Of a stretch of DNA of 64,000 bases, positions 26,433 through 38,250 are shown in pieces. The notes beneath the pieces are model-generated. The model did no database searches and was not told where the DNA came from. It worked only from the letters and a program-made list of their open reading frames with translations. Position 1 is the first letter of the stretch. The number at the start of each line of letters is the position of its first letter. The DNA is from Octopus bimaculoides (lineage: Eukaryota): positions 3,199,442 through 3,263,441 of the forward strand of contig NC_068982.1 in assembly GCF_001194135.2 (NCBI RefSeq), read 5' to 3'. Both the position numbers and the translations under genes were made by a program.

Positions 26433-26849
26433 GAACGGAATTTCGTAACCGATGAATATCTAAGGATTTTTACATCTTTCTTCATTGACAATTTAACCTA
26501 CATAATAGATCTACAGCTACGGCGAATTCAACAATTTCTCTTTAGATCGAAAAGAAATAAAAAACCATGATAAATAGAGTTAATCGATTGGCCTCTCGTC
26601 AGAAATGTCCACATCTCTTAAACAAAGAAACAAGTAGCCAGTCTGTAAGTATACACATTGAATCAAAGGTAACTATAGCTACTAATTTCCAAGTTATAAT
26701 TATTTCACACCTGAATATCATCCGCCTGTCGATGGGAATTTCAGACCTCACAGTAACGAGGTATGATACAATATACGTAAATATACGTTGTAGATTCGAA
26801 CATGGGAAATTAAACTATTTCTCCATAGACTGACAACATGAGGAATGGC

Positions 26850-26889
26850 CTTCATAGAATTTCGAACCTTGTTAGGTTCTCATCAGAAG
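26850..26889 (-). ncRNA. hammerhead-ribozyme-like motif, canonical core, probably inactivated
   Basis: CTT | CTGATGA | GAACCT-AACA-AGGTTC | GAA | AT-TCT-AT | G | AAG. Perfect 6-bp stem II, but G at cleavage position 17. Confidence 0.55.
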
Positions 26890-27242
26890 TGCGTACATCA
26901 CTTCACCAATTCCTATGTAGCAAGCAGCTAAACCTTTAGAGTTTTATCATTTCCTGGGAAAACGTGCAAAAATTTGTTTTCAAAATACATTAAGAGATAC
27001 GCTTGGTGATTAAATGAATTATGTTTCTTTTAATAACCGAACTATTCCCAGTAACCATATGTTGCTTTTAAGACTTTACAATTGTTTTAGTTTTACTGAC
27101 AGGAGTCAAAATATACAAATTCCGGATAAAGTTCTTTGATATTCTTTGAACATTTATGTTTCTAAGAAACATGCAAACACACATTCATTCACTTTTATAT
27201 ATTGCTTTCAAATTTTGACACAGGTAGCAGTCTCAGGAGCGT

Positions 27243-27370
27243 TCAATTAGTACTTATTTTATCGACCACGAAAGGTTGAAAGGCAAAGTTGACCTGAGCG
27301 GAAATTGAATTCAGAACATAAAGACAGACGAAATGCCGCTAAGCATTTTGTCCATCATGCTAACGATTCT
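27243..27370 (-). mobile_element. SINE family A, partial
   Basis: Reverse complement of head and body. Confidence 0.8.
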
Positions 27371-30057
27371 TCACTTTGTATTTTACAGTCTTGAAAAGTT
27401 GTATTTGTGGACATCGTGTTTCAAAAATAATAACTCTAAATAATGTTTCAGTTGTATTCGTTTTCAAAATCAACCATCACGCAAATATTTGTCCTACTAT
27501 TTCGTTTGAGAGGTTCACAATTCGAAATTTATAACAAGAAAATATATCTCACGAACACTGAATTAATTATTGTTATGATAAAATTCCTAAAGGCGATATA
27601 TTTTTCTCACTCCTCCATTCCTATAACAATACCAGCTTATAATTTTGTTTTGTTTTGCAATGTTTGACACTTTTCAATGACTATCAAGAAATTAATTAGC
27701 CATCGAATTAGATTTTGAGAATAACTGATAACATATATTGCCGTTAATTTCTTCTGGCGTTGACAATTCTGTTAAATTCAAGTTGATGGAATTTAAGCGT
27801 AAAATAGCCTAGTCAACAGGAGAAATTCTTATTTATTCTCCTTTATATTTTAACAACTCTAGAATCCAAATTACGTGTTATGCGAACCTAAAATATATTA
27901 AAGCGCGTTCTGATTTATAATTAAAAATTCAATTTACCTAAATTTTGTCGATATTGTTAAATGCACAAATACCAACAATTATTTCTCGATCTAATTAGGA
28001 GAATGTCGTTTGGTTCCATATATATGGTTCTCAAAACACTGTTTCGTACTTATTTTAGTGTGTTAAGATTTCATATATAATAAATCACATATCTATTATA
28101 TTTTCAACTCACAAGGTTTGATATTGTATTATATATAAATTTATTTACCATTATATGTTCAGCAAGTCCAAAAGTGGACAATTAGATTATTACTTCTTCG
28201 TGTACAATGTATCCAGACTGAGCGCCACTATCATCTAATGCAATGGACTATAACCATTCCATACCAATGACCACTTTGATAACTATTTTCTTTTGCTTGG
28301 ACCTCATAGCTATTTGATGTTTATAGACACCTTTTATGTTTTTATATTTAAATATTGTTAGGAATCGTATAAAACAATTGTTAAAATATTTTGTATCGTA
28401 GATGCCTAACCATGCAGATAAGTTTGAACAACAAAATCCAAGGGTCACATGGATCCCGATTGAGAATCATTAGTCAAATGGAATACATCGCACCTGAATA
28501 ATGGCGATATGGCTCACTAAAGTAAATCCTTCGAGCTTCGTGGAACGTTTAGAATATTTGGAAACCACATACGAGTGGCACCTACCATTTACTTAATTCA
28601 AGCTAATTAACAATTCTTTTAGATAAAAGCAATGTATTTGGTGAAGGACAATTAAGAGGCTTGATTTAATATCATCGGCAACAAGGAGCCTCTACTTTGT
28701 GAACACGATCTAATAGAATACCATCTTAAAAAAAGGAAGTGAAGTGTGAACTGGTGAGATTTTTATACAGTGTATCTGAACAAAATACACGAAAGTCACG
28801 TACGGGATGCTATTATCCATAGATCTAATTCTTCAAAAACTGAGTGGTTCTAAATAAAAGCATTAGCAATGTTACCAAACGAACCATATTGAAGCCTTGT
28901 CATATTCACAACTTGGTAATATTTTTAGGAGTGTTATGTCATTTAACGATAACTTCAAAAGGGAACGACGTTCAGATGGCGAATTAGTTCGTCGATAATT
29001 ACCGCATTTCAAAACGATCACTACGTGTATGGTTGTATATTGGATCTTATAATAATATTCATTACAATTGTTTACAAGAAGAAAATCAGAGCACTCAATA
29101 CGCAAGATAAAGTGGAATATGTATGTTGTTGATAAAATGGTAAGAGAGCTGATCACAAAAGGTCTCCAGAGAAGAAATCCCCATTCAAGCAAGTGTTTTG
29201 GCCGATGACTTCTTACACTTTAAAGAGGTCAGGTCCTATCCGGGTCATGACTCCTGGGTTCCCTTCTGCTGACACTTTTTAACCACTTGTTATATCAGAG
29301 ACTTGTTCGGTATTTAAACCGTTTGGAATTACCTCTAGTTGTAACTCTTTGCTGTCGACTCAGTTTTCAAACCTACACTTAAAAAAGAAATAAAGTTGAT
29401 TGTAATGGCAGCGGTGAAACGTCAGCTCTATCACAATGTCTCACTCAGAGCTACTTCCCCTAGCATTAAAATACGAAACTATTGCCTACAAACGATATGG
29501 TGGTCGTTTTTGTTCCTCCACAACCAGATCCAGTTGGAACAGCTCTCAGCTCCCTTAAACATTCCCTGTTCTTTACCACTTTATTGACATCATACTTTGA
29601 ATATTTCTTTTAAACACAAGACATCATGATCCACAGTTATTCATTCTAGAGTGCTGGACACTTTCCATACTCAAAACTCAAACTTTTACTCGAATGTGCA
29701 CAACGTACTAGAACTGTTAAAATTTCGACCAGATGGTCTGCCCTGGATTCTGCGTCTCGAAATGTTGGAAGGTATTCTCGGGTGTCTGTTATTTTTCTAG
29801 GTTTATTTATAAAACCTATAAGTTTTTCGTGAGGAATTCATGATCCGAAATAAGTAAAATACTAACCATTGTATTTGTTTGGGAGGGAGGAGAGAGGCAG
29901 ACAGATAGACAGGCAGAGAGAGGCAAAGAGAAAATGAGACGCACAGACACACACGCACAAACAAAGATATGAAAAATTGACTATTTATAATTGGAAATGC
30001 ATCGAAGGAGAGAGCGAAATTTGGAAAAATCTAATGAGTTGGAAAACTAAATATCTT

Positions 30058-30280
30058 GGTGGCGAGCTGGCAGAGACATTAGCACGCCGGATAAAATGCC
30101 CAGCGGCGTTTCTTCTATCTTTATGTTCTGAGTTCCAATACCGCCGAGATCGACATTGCCTTTTATCTTTTTGGGGTGGATAAAATAAGTACTAATTCAC
30201 CCCTAGGGTCGATGTCATCAACCATCACCTCTCCCGGAAAAAACAATTTCAGGCCTTGTGCCTATAGTAGAAAGGATATA
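30058..30280 (+). mobile_element. SINE family A, full length, diverged
   Basis: GGTGGCGAGCTGGCAGAGACATTAGC...GGCCTTGTGCCTATAGTAGAAAGG. Confidence 0.88.
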
Positions 30281-30519
30281 TGTTATAGCAATTTACCGGC
30301 GGCAGAGATTCACAATATAAAGTGCAGAGACTATGATGAGTCGATGTAAATTCTATTGTGTTAAAACCAATGAAGGAAATAGAAAGATTACATGTCATCA
30401 AGATAAATAACTAACTTCAAAACTAATAACTAACTCTTCAGTGATTTAATACGATCATTATCGTCTGCAGTCAGTCATCACGACTCGCAATTTTTCCTAT
30501 TTTGCTTTTACATGACTTA

Positions 30520-30730
30520 TTAAGCTTTCTCCATACAGGTCGATTTTTCGCTTGATTTGCCATTTATTGTGACCAATTCTTTTTCACTTCATGTTCCTTT
30601 TTTGCAGTATTTTTGAATCTCAGGTTTTCCATGGATACTTTTCCTCTTGCATATTTGGGAGAAAAGCATTCGTCTAGAGAACCTCTGAGTGACCCAGCCA
30701 GTTTCTTTCAATGAGGGTTTCCATCATATG
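30520..30730 (-). mobile_element. RTE-clade LINE 3' remnant
   Basis: Frameshifted ...WLGH...RRMLFSQICKRKS...RFKNTAK...QAKNRPVWRKL, like the RTE C-terminal WLGH/RxLY/RxxWR motifs. Confidence 0.55.
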
Positions 30731-31418
30731 AGACAGACCAACACACAGCCTATGCTAAATATCAGACTGACTAAAGAGTTTCGTTTATTTACATTTTATA
30801 CAGTTGATTTCATTTTATTTCCATTCACTCATTTTGGTCTATTTACTTTATATTTTTGATTTTTATTTCCATTAATATATTTTGGTATTTCTTATCGCTT
30901 CTGTCTATTTGAATCTACGTATTGTGCTTTGTCAAAGGAATGATAAAAGTAAAATATAGATATAAAACAATGGGAAATTATAGGTAATCCAAGATTGGTC
31001 TCTCACTACAGAAACAATTGTAGTGATTNNNNNNNNNNNNNNNNNNNNNNNNNNNNNNNNNNNNNNNNNNNNNNNNNNNNNNNNNNNNNNNNNNNNNNNN
31101 NNNNNNNNNNNNNNNNNNNNNNNNNNNNNNNNNNNNNNNNNNNNNNNNNNNNNNNNNNNNNNNNNNNNNNNNNNNNNNNNNNNNNNNNNNNNNNNNNNNN
31201 NNNNNNNNNNNNNNNNNNNNNNNNNNNNNNNNNNNNNNNNNNNNNNNNNNNNNNNNNNNNNNNNNNNNNNNNNNNNNNNNNNNNNNNNNNNNNNNNNNNN
31301 NNNNNNNNNNNNNNNNNNNNNNNTATATATATATATCTACCTATATATGTATGTATATATATGGAGGGAGAGAGAGACATATATATACATGCATATATGA
31401 ATATATATATATTTATAA

Positions 31419-31452
<34 letters not shown>

Positions 31453-32688
31453 CTATATAAATGTAGCTTTGTGTGTCTATGTGTTTGTGTTTGTGCGTGT
31501 GTGTGTGTCTGCGTGTCTGTGTGTGTGTGTGTATGTGTGTACATATATGCGTACACGTACGAAGATTTATTCTTATATAAGTTGCAAGTAACATAAACGT
31601 CGCATCAGGTCATTTCTCTAAAAATTTGAAATGAAATATTTCATGAGATGTTTTTTTGTATTTAATCCTGTATTTCTCAATAAGATATTTACTTTTACAA
31701 AGAAAACTTTGCTTTCAATAATAACGTTCTCTATAACCTGTATGTTTGCATTATCTCCATAGACAGAGCTATCATACTGAACAAACTGTTCATGTTATTT
31801 TCAGTTTTCATTCACTTTGTTACTACTAACAACAAAAATTATTTTTCCACCAAGTCTAAACCAGGCATTAAATGCATTTCCTTGTTAACTATTGAGACGC
31901 AGCGTCACACATCAATATGTTGTTATCTGGACGGGTTTCAAAGGCGAGGAATAAAGCGCGTTTTCATGTTTATTTCTTCCCTGTGGGAATGAAAAACAAA
32001 TACAAGGTATTTGCCTCTTTTCACACAGATGCCATTTTTTAACGTCCAACTATATTTCCGTTTTTAAGGGCATGAGGTATTTTTTCCTAAGACTTTTAAC
32101 TCTTCAAAGCTTGAGTATTAAAGGAATTATTCAAGTAGGAAGATTAGAAACTATAAACAACATGTTAGATTGTATTTCATTTTTGATGGTTAATTTTTTT
32201 TTATCGCCTAGAAAACGATAGGTTATGAGATAGTGGCTAGTTATTCACGAAGCTTATAAATATCAAGATTTGACAAGTGAAAGACTTTTCCCTTTTTTAT
32301 TCAAGCAATCCTACTTATTCAGAGGAATACGTTAGTCAGGTTGTTTTGAAGATTTAGTTTACTCTAAAGATTCTAGTAAAGATTGCATTACAGTAAATAT
32401 ACTACGGAGTCTGCCAGAATGGTAGGGAAAATTTCGATGATGTATTGTAAAGAAAAAAAAGAAAGAAGTTCAGCATTTGGGAATAGAATTTAAATGGGTT
32501 ATTAAACATCTAAAGGACATTTGTTTCGATGCTTTCATTGATTTGTTTTGATATATTATAGAAATGTTATCTTGAGCATTTTATGTTCGATACAGACAGA
32601 TGCAAACATCTATGCACAATCATACGGAAATATAAATAGATAGCTGCACGAAAATTCACAGAACACACCCACGTATGCAATACACACA

Positions 32689-32722
<34 letters not shown>

Positions 32723-34245
32723 TAGATACATACATACATACATACATACATACATACATACATACATACATACATACATACATACGGGATGTTCGTATGT
32801 AGTATATATTTCGGAATATATGTGGCATGAGTGAGAGTGAAGACAAGAAAAGTGATCTATAAAGAAAGAGGGAAAGAGAGAGAGTACGATATTTTATATC
32901 TAAATGACAGTCAATTTTTAGTTATCACTGTTAGCTCTCCGCCGAGGTTAACGGTGATGAAATATGACGTCCGGAAGGAGCAGTTGATCTTAACTGCACA
33001 TTGCTTTTATTAAGGTGTATGCGAGCGTGTATATATGGCTGTGTGTGCTTGTTTACATGTTTAAAAAAACAATTTCAATAAATGAAATTGCTCACTTTCT
33101 ATAGAAAGATAGATAATCGACAGAAAGATAAGTAATCTGCAGTATAATGTGGATATTCTGGTACTTATAGTTTAGTAGTGCCGCTAATTTCTCTATAGAA
33201 AATTGTATACGGCGACCACTGAAAGCGGTGTGTAGCTATCCATGAAAGTGTCAGCCGACAAACATTAACTTCTTTATTGCCTACTTAACGGCATGTTTAT
33301 GATATATGAAAGAATGTTTCAGATAACGCATGCAAATTTAAATTTTTGAAGTTTTCGCATAAAAGCAAAAGCTTCCGTCTACTTGCCTACAATTTGTGTA
33401 AGAAGTTGCGTTTTGTCAATGCTTGATGATGGTGATGATGATATATGTATGTGTGTGTGTAGGTGTGTGTGTGCGTTTGTGTGTGTATGAAGGTATATGT
33501 ATGAATGTATATANNNNNNNNNNNNNNNNNNNNNNNNNNNNNNNNNNNNNNNNNNNNNNNNNNNNNNNNNNNNNNNNNNNNNNNNNNNNNNNNNNNNNNN
33601 NNNNNNNNNNNNNNNNNNNNNNNNNNNNNNNNNNNNNNNNNNNNNNNNNNNNNNNNNNNNNNNNNNNNNNNNNNNNNNNNNNNNNNNNNNNNNNNNNNNN
33701 NNNNNNNNNNNNNNNNNNNNNNNNNNNNNNNNNNNNNNNNNNNNNNNNNNNNNNNNNNNNNNNNNNNNNNNNNNNNNNNNNNNNNNNNNNNNNNNNNNNN
33801 NNNNNNNNNNNNNNNNNNNNNNNNNNNNNNNNNNNNNNNNNNNNNNNNNNNNNNNNNNNNNNNNNNNNNNNNNNNNNNNNNNNNNNNNNNNNNNNNNNNN
33901 NNNNNNNNNNNNNNNNNNNNNNNNNNNNNNNNNNNNNNNNNNNNNNNNNNNNNNNNNNNNNNNNNNNNNNNNNNNNNNNNNNNNNNNNNNNNNNNNNNNN
34001 NNNNNNNNNNNNNNNNNNNNNNNNNNNNNNNNNNNNNNNNNNNNNNNNNNNNNNNNNNNNNNNNNNNNNNNNNNNNNNNNNNNNNNNNNNNNNNNNNNNN
34101 NNNNNNNNNNNNNNNNNNNNNNNNNNNNNNNNNNNNNNNNNNNNNNNNNNNNNNNNNNNNNNNNNNNNNNNNNNNNNNNNNNNNNNNNNNNNNNNNNNNN
34201 NNNNNNNNNNNNNNNNNNNNNNNNNNNNNNNNNNNNNNNNNNNNN

Positions 34246-34287
<42 letters not shown>

Positions 34288-34662
34288 TAAATATAGAGAG
34301 AGTGACAGACAGACAGATACACAGAGTGAGGGACAAAGAGATTAGAGAGAAAACAAAGCTAGATTGTCTTTTCCTGACTTATATAGTCATGTCGTCTGAG
34401 AGATAATTCCTTATTGAAAATATCCATTGTATAAGGACTGCCCTTATAAGCAGTTTACATAACCAAGCATTTAGAGAGTGCGTACCAAACGTAAGCATAC
34501 TTCAATGTGTATAATGGACATCGGTTATATATGTGGCGTCAGCGACTGTAAATACCGAGTTGAAATAATTCAATAAATTTTATTAAAACCAAAGGAAAAA
34601 GGGTGGAGAATCTTTCGTTATCATATGCAAGAACTGACTATTTTCTCTTTGTATTGTTTCAG

Positions 34663-34755
34663 ATTATAGGCAGAGACAAAGATAGCAATCAGATTACAGC
34701 GCTCCTTGCAGACAATCCTACATTTTATTATTTGAATTTGGCTCCAAACCAATAA
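34663..34755 (+). CDS. candidate exon (short terminal CDS or non-coding exon)
   Basis: Branch point CTGAC 34634-34638, pyrimidine tract, TTTCAG| at 34662. Only phase 0 is open: IIGRDKDSNQITALLADNPTFYYLNLAPNQ*. Confidence 0.3.
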   Translation: MIGRDKDSNQITALLADNPTFYYLNLAPNQ

Positions 34756-34785
34756 TCACCGGTCATTATCATGGGTACATTGGTG

Positions 34786-34786
<1 letters not shown>

Positions 34787-34856
<70 letters not shown>
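34787..34856. repeat. (GATA)n microsatellite
   Basis: Read directly. Confidence 0.97.
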
Positions 34857-35889
34857 GTTGCCTTGGTAAAAGACAACTAAGCGAATAATGAACACCGCAT
34901 TGGTGGATGAAGAATTGCTTTTAATTGACTGAATGGTTCTATTGCAGTGTTATAGTAATACAGGTTTCATGCTAAATGTAATGAATTTTAGCAAATTCTT
35001 AACAGCAGATAGAATAACACCGAGATGCTAGTCATATTTCTTACGCGGGGAAAAATACTGAGGTTTAATGCATCGTATGGCATAAACGTGGCCACAGATC
35101 ATCCTAAATGCTTCCTGGCACCAACAGAAATACACTTTCCACGTTCAAATAAATATTCAATAGTAATTAATAGAAAGATGTTTTAATGATATGTATAACA
35201 GCCGCTCAAACATGGGTCTACAAATTTTTTATCACAAGTGAAACAACCCAAATAACATTATTGAACCACTAAGAAAGTGCAGACCCCTCCCATAATTAAC
35301 TGATAAATACCATTTTCCACATAGAGCTGGTATGGCTCTTATGACAGCATTATTCTATCTGCGACTGAATAATTGATAAAATGGCTGCGGTTCAGCATGA
35401 AACCATTGGAGCCGCATTAACACATGTATCTAAACGTATATACATTCTCACGCATACACAAGCATGCATATAATTATATACATATGTATGTAAACATAAA
35501 CACACACAACACATATACACACATTGCATGTTGTCGGACGAATGAGAAAATAGTGCTCAATACATGCTGTAGGGTATATATAGGTTTTTTTTATTATTAT
35601 TAAAACTGACGATGAGAGATTGTCTCGCGACTCGACTTCCATACTGCTACGATCTTTAGTTAATGAAGACAAACGTTAAGAATTTCATTCTGCAACCCCT
35701 TGAATTTCTTTCTCTTCTCAACGACCGCCAGCATGGCTTTTGCCGAAAACCCACTGGAGACTTACCTTTGACACTCACCATTGGTTCCTACTTTTAAAAC
35801 TTTCGGTAAAAATAGTGATGTTCTTCTCGAACTCGGAAAAATATTTGTCCATCTCTGGCCATGCAAATCTAAAAAATCGTCCCGGCTAC

Positions 35890-36080
35890 AAGCTCCTCTT
35901 TGTGTCACCCCTTTCAGATCTATAATTTCCTATCTGATCGCATCACCACAAAATTAACTATCGTGGTTTCCGTTTTGTCAGCATCTCTCTCAATCTTCCA
36001 TAATTCGGTTACGTACATGCAGCCATATCCAAAACGCTAACTCATCCAGATGATGCGACTCTCTTCATTCCTACCTGCTG
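35890..36080 (+). mobile_element. possible very old LINE RT remnant
   Basis: IYNFLSDR...THPDDATL faintly resembles the FLSxR and YADD RT motifs. Confidence 0.3.
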
Positions 36081-36563
36081 ACATTCTCAAAAGATATCAG
36101 GGACTGAATTTAGCTGGGGTAAATATTGAAAAAATATTCTTAAATTCTTGAAAGACAAAGGACAACTAAAATCTTATTAAGTAACATTATATGAATGACT
36201 GCACTATTTCACCCACATCTGATTAGGAGTGCCACAGATACGTAGCGTTAGAAATAGATGAAAATATTTCCTTTGAGGAACCCTGTAACATGAAGCACAT
36301 AACCACAGAATAATTATGGTCCTGCAACACATCGGTAGCTCGCAGTTCGATTGAAGGTACCTGTGCGCATACAAACATTCGGCCCCTGGATTATAGATGC
36401 TAAATGAAATCCAGGATGTAGATGTAAAACCCGAAAATTTATACTTGAAATTTCAATATAAAACGAAATTAAGATGGCGAATGTTTAGCATCGATTCAGC
36501 ATAAAACCATAGAATATTACATATTATCTTTTCCATGACATCTGCTAAAGACCGAATGTCCAA

Positions 36564-36782
36564 ATATTCTTTTCTATTCAGGGCACAAGGCCCGAAATTT
36601 TAGGGGAAGGAGCCACTCTATTAGAGTGATCCCATTACGCAGCTGGTACTTAATTTATCGACCCCGAAAGGATGAAAGGTAAAGTCGATCTCGGTGGAAT
36701 TTGAACTCAGGACGTAAAGAAAGACAAAATACTGTTAAACATTTCGCTCGGCACGCTAACGTTTCTGCCAGCTCGCCGCCTT
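36564..36782 (-). mobile_element. SINE family A, full length
   Basis: Reverse complement of family A. Possible TGTCCAA TSD at 36557-36563 and 36782-36788. Confidence 0.9.
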
Positions 36783-36869
36783 GTCCAATGTCCCCCATAT
36801 TGCCATGGATGAAGCCTGCACACGTGAGACCAATAACATCAGGCAAGTTGAAAAGAAACTTTTCTGAAA

Positions 36870-37058
36870 GTGAAGTATATTTGCCACCTAAATGTGGCTA
36901 ACCCTTAAGGGTTGATTCTACTAATGTTTTTAGTCCTGGGAAGACATCTCCTCCAGCTGGTTATTGACACACTACCTGTGCCCTATCAGTATTTTCAAAG
37001 GGAAGCCATCCTTCCCATCTCCAGGCTTAGCCACATTGAAGTGGCAAATATACTTCAC
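36870..37058. repeat. 32-bp inverted repeat pair (foldback or MITE-like)
   Basis: GTGAAGTATATTTGCCACCTAAATGTGGCTAA (36870-36901) vs TTAGCCACATTGAAGTGGCAAATATACTTCAC (37027-37058), 2 mismatches. Confidence 0.85.
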
Positions 37059-37580
37059 GATGTCGTGCAGCTACTGTTTATACGTCGCTCAGAGATTTAT
37101 TATTTTCTGAAATTATTCTTTGATTATTGACGAAAGATACACAGGACATACGGCCCCTCCCTGTAAAATTGCATAGTTCTATCGCGTAGGTCATCGGGGA
37201 GACTTTTCTGACGGACAGTAAGTTTTGAGGAAGAGAAGAAGAATTGATGAGTGTAAAGTAGAGAAGAGAGAGAGATAAAAAGCGAATGGACAACGTTCAT
37301 CCAGGTGGAAACAGTTTCTCCAACCTCTTTCCCTCCTTTCAACTTGTTTATTTTTTCTTCGCTTCTGTTTCCTTCTTTTTTCTTACTTCTCGTGTTTCCT
37401 GTGCTTCAGACGTTGTAAATTGTTTATGAGGAGTTGTTAGTATGAAAAAGAGAGCGCAGAAGAGGGTAGAGAGAGCGAGAAATGCGTAGAAGGAGAGCAT
37501 TTGTGTCAATTAACAGTCAATGGAGGAAGAGAAATAAAGTCTTAAGAGAAAGAAAGAAAAACAAAAAAGAGAAACATATT

Positions 37581-37737
37581 GGGAGAGAGAGAGAGAAAGA
37601 GAGAGAGAGAAAGAGAGAGAGAGAAAGAGAGAGAGAGAAAGAGAGAGAGAGANNNNNNNNNNNTTGGGAGAGAGAGAGAGAAAGAGAGAGAGAGAAAGAG
37701 AGAGAGAGAAAGAGAGAGAGAGAAAGAGAGAGAGAGG
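37581..37737. repeat. (GA)n/GAAA repeat interrupted by a gap
   Basis: Read directly. Confidence 0.95.
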
Positions 37738-37935
37738 GGGTGGTATATGATTAATGAAAAAGCCCGAGGAAGTGGGAAGAAGTAAAAAATAGAGAGAGAG
37801 TTTGAAGTGAGACAGCAGTCGAGGAAGAAACAATTTGCATATAAAAATGAATGTGCAAGAAGAATCCGTCATACACAGGCTCAAAGCCTCATATACACAC
37901 AAATTTATATGCATACATATCTGTATACACACACG

Positions 37936-37983
<48 letters not shown>

Positions 37984-38030
37984 NNNNNNNNNNACAAATT
38001 TATATGCATACATATCTGTATACACACACG

Positions 38031-38067
<37 letters not shown>

Positions 38068-38090
38068 GCATACATATATAATATATATAT

Positions 38091-38250
38091 ACGACGAGCT
38101 TCTTTCAGTTTCAGTCCACAAAATCCTCTCATGAAGACAGGTTGACCTAAGGCTATAGTAGAAGATATTTGCCTAAGATAACTCGATGTAGGACCGAACA
38201 CGGGACCATATGCCTGAGAAAGCAAACCTCTTACCACACAGCCACGTCTG
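38091..38250 (-). mobile_element. SINE family B, 5' half
   Basis: CTTCTTTCAGTTTC...GGCTATAGTAGAAGATATTTGCCTAAG...CTTACCACACAGCCAC. Confidence 0.8.

Noticed and set aside
28940-29130. About 59-codon frame with a hydrophobic stretch followed by KKK
   Set aside because: No start codon or splice signals; AT-rich codons mimic transmembrane segments.
37581-38090. Direct repeats on either side of the 11-N and 10-N gaps
   Set aside because: Most likely unmerged contig overlaps (assembly artefact), not biological duplications.
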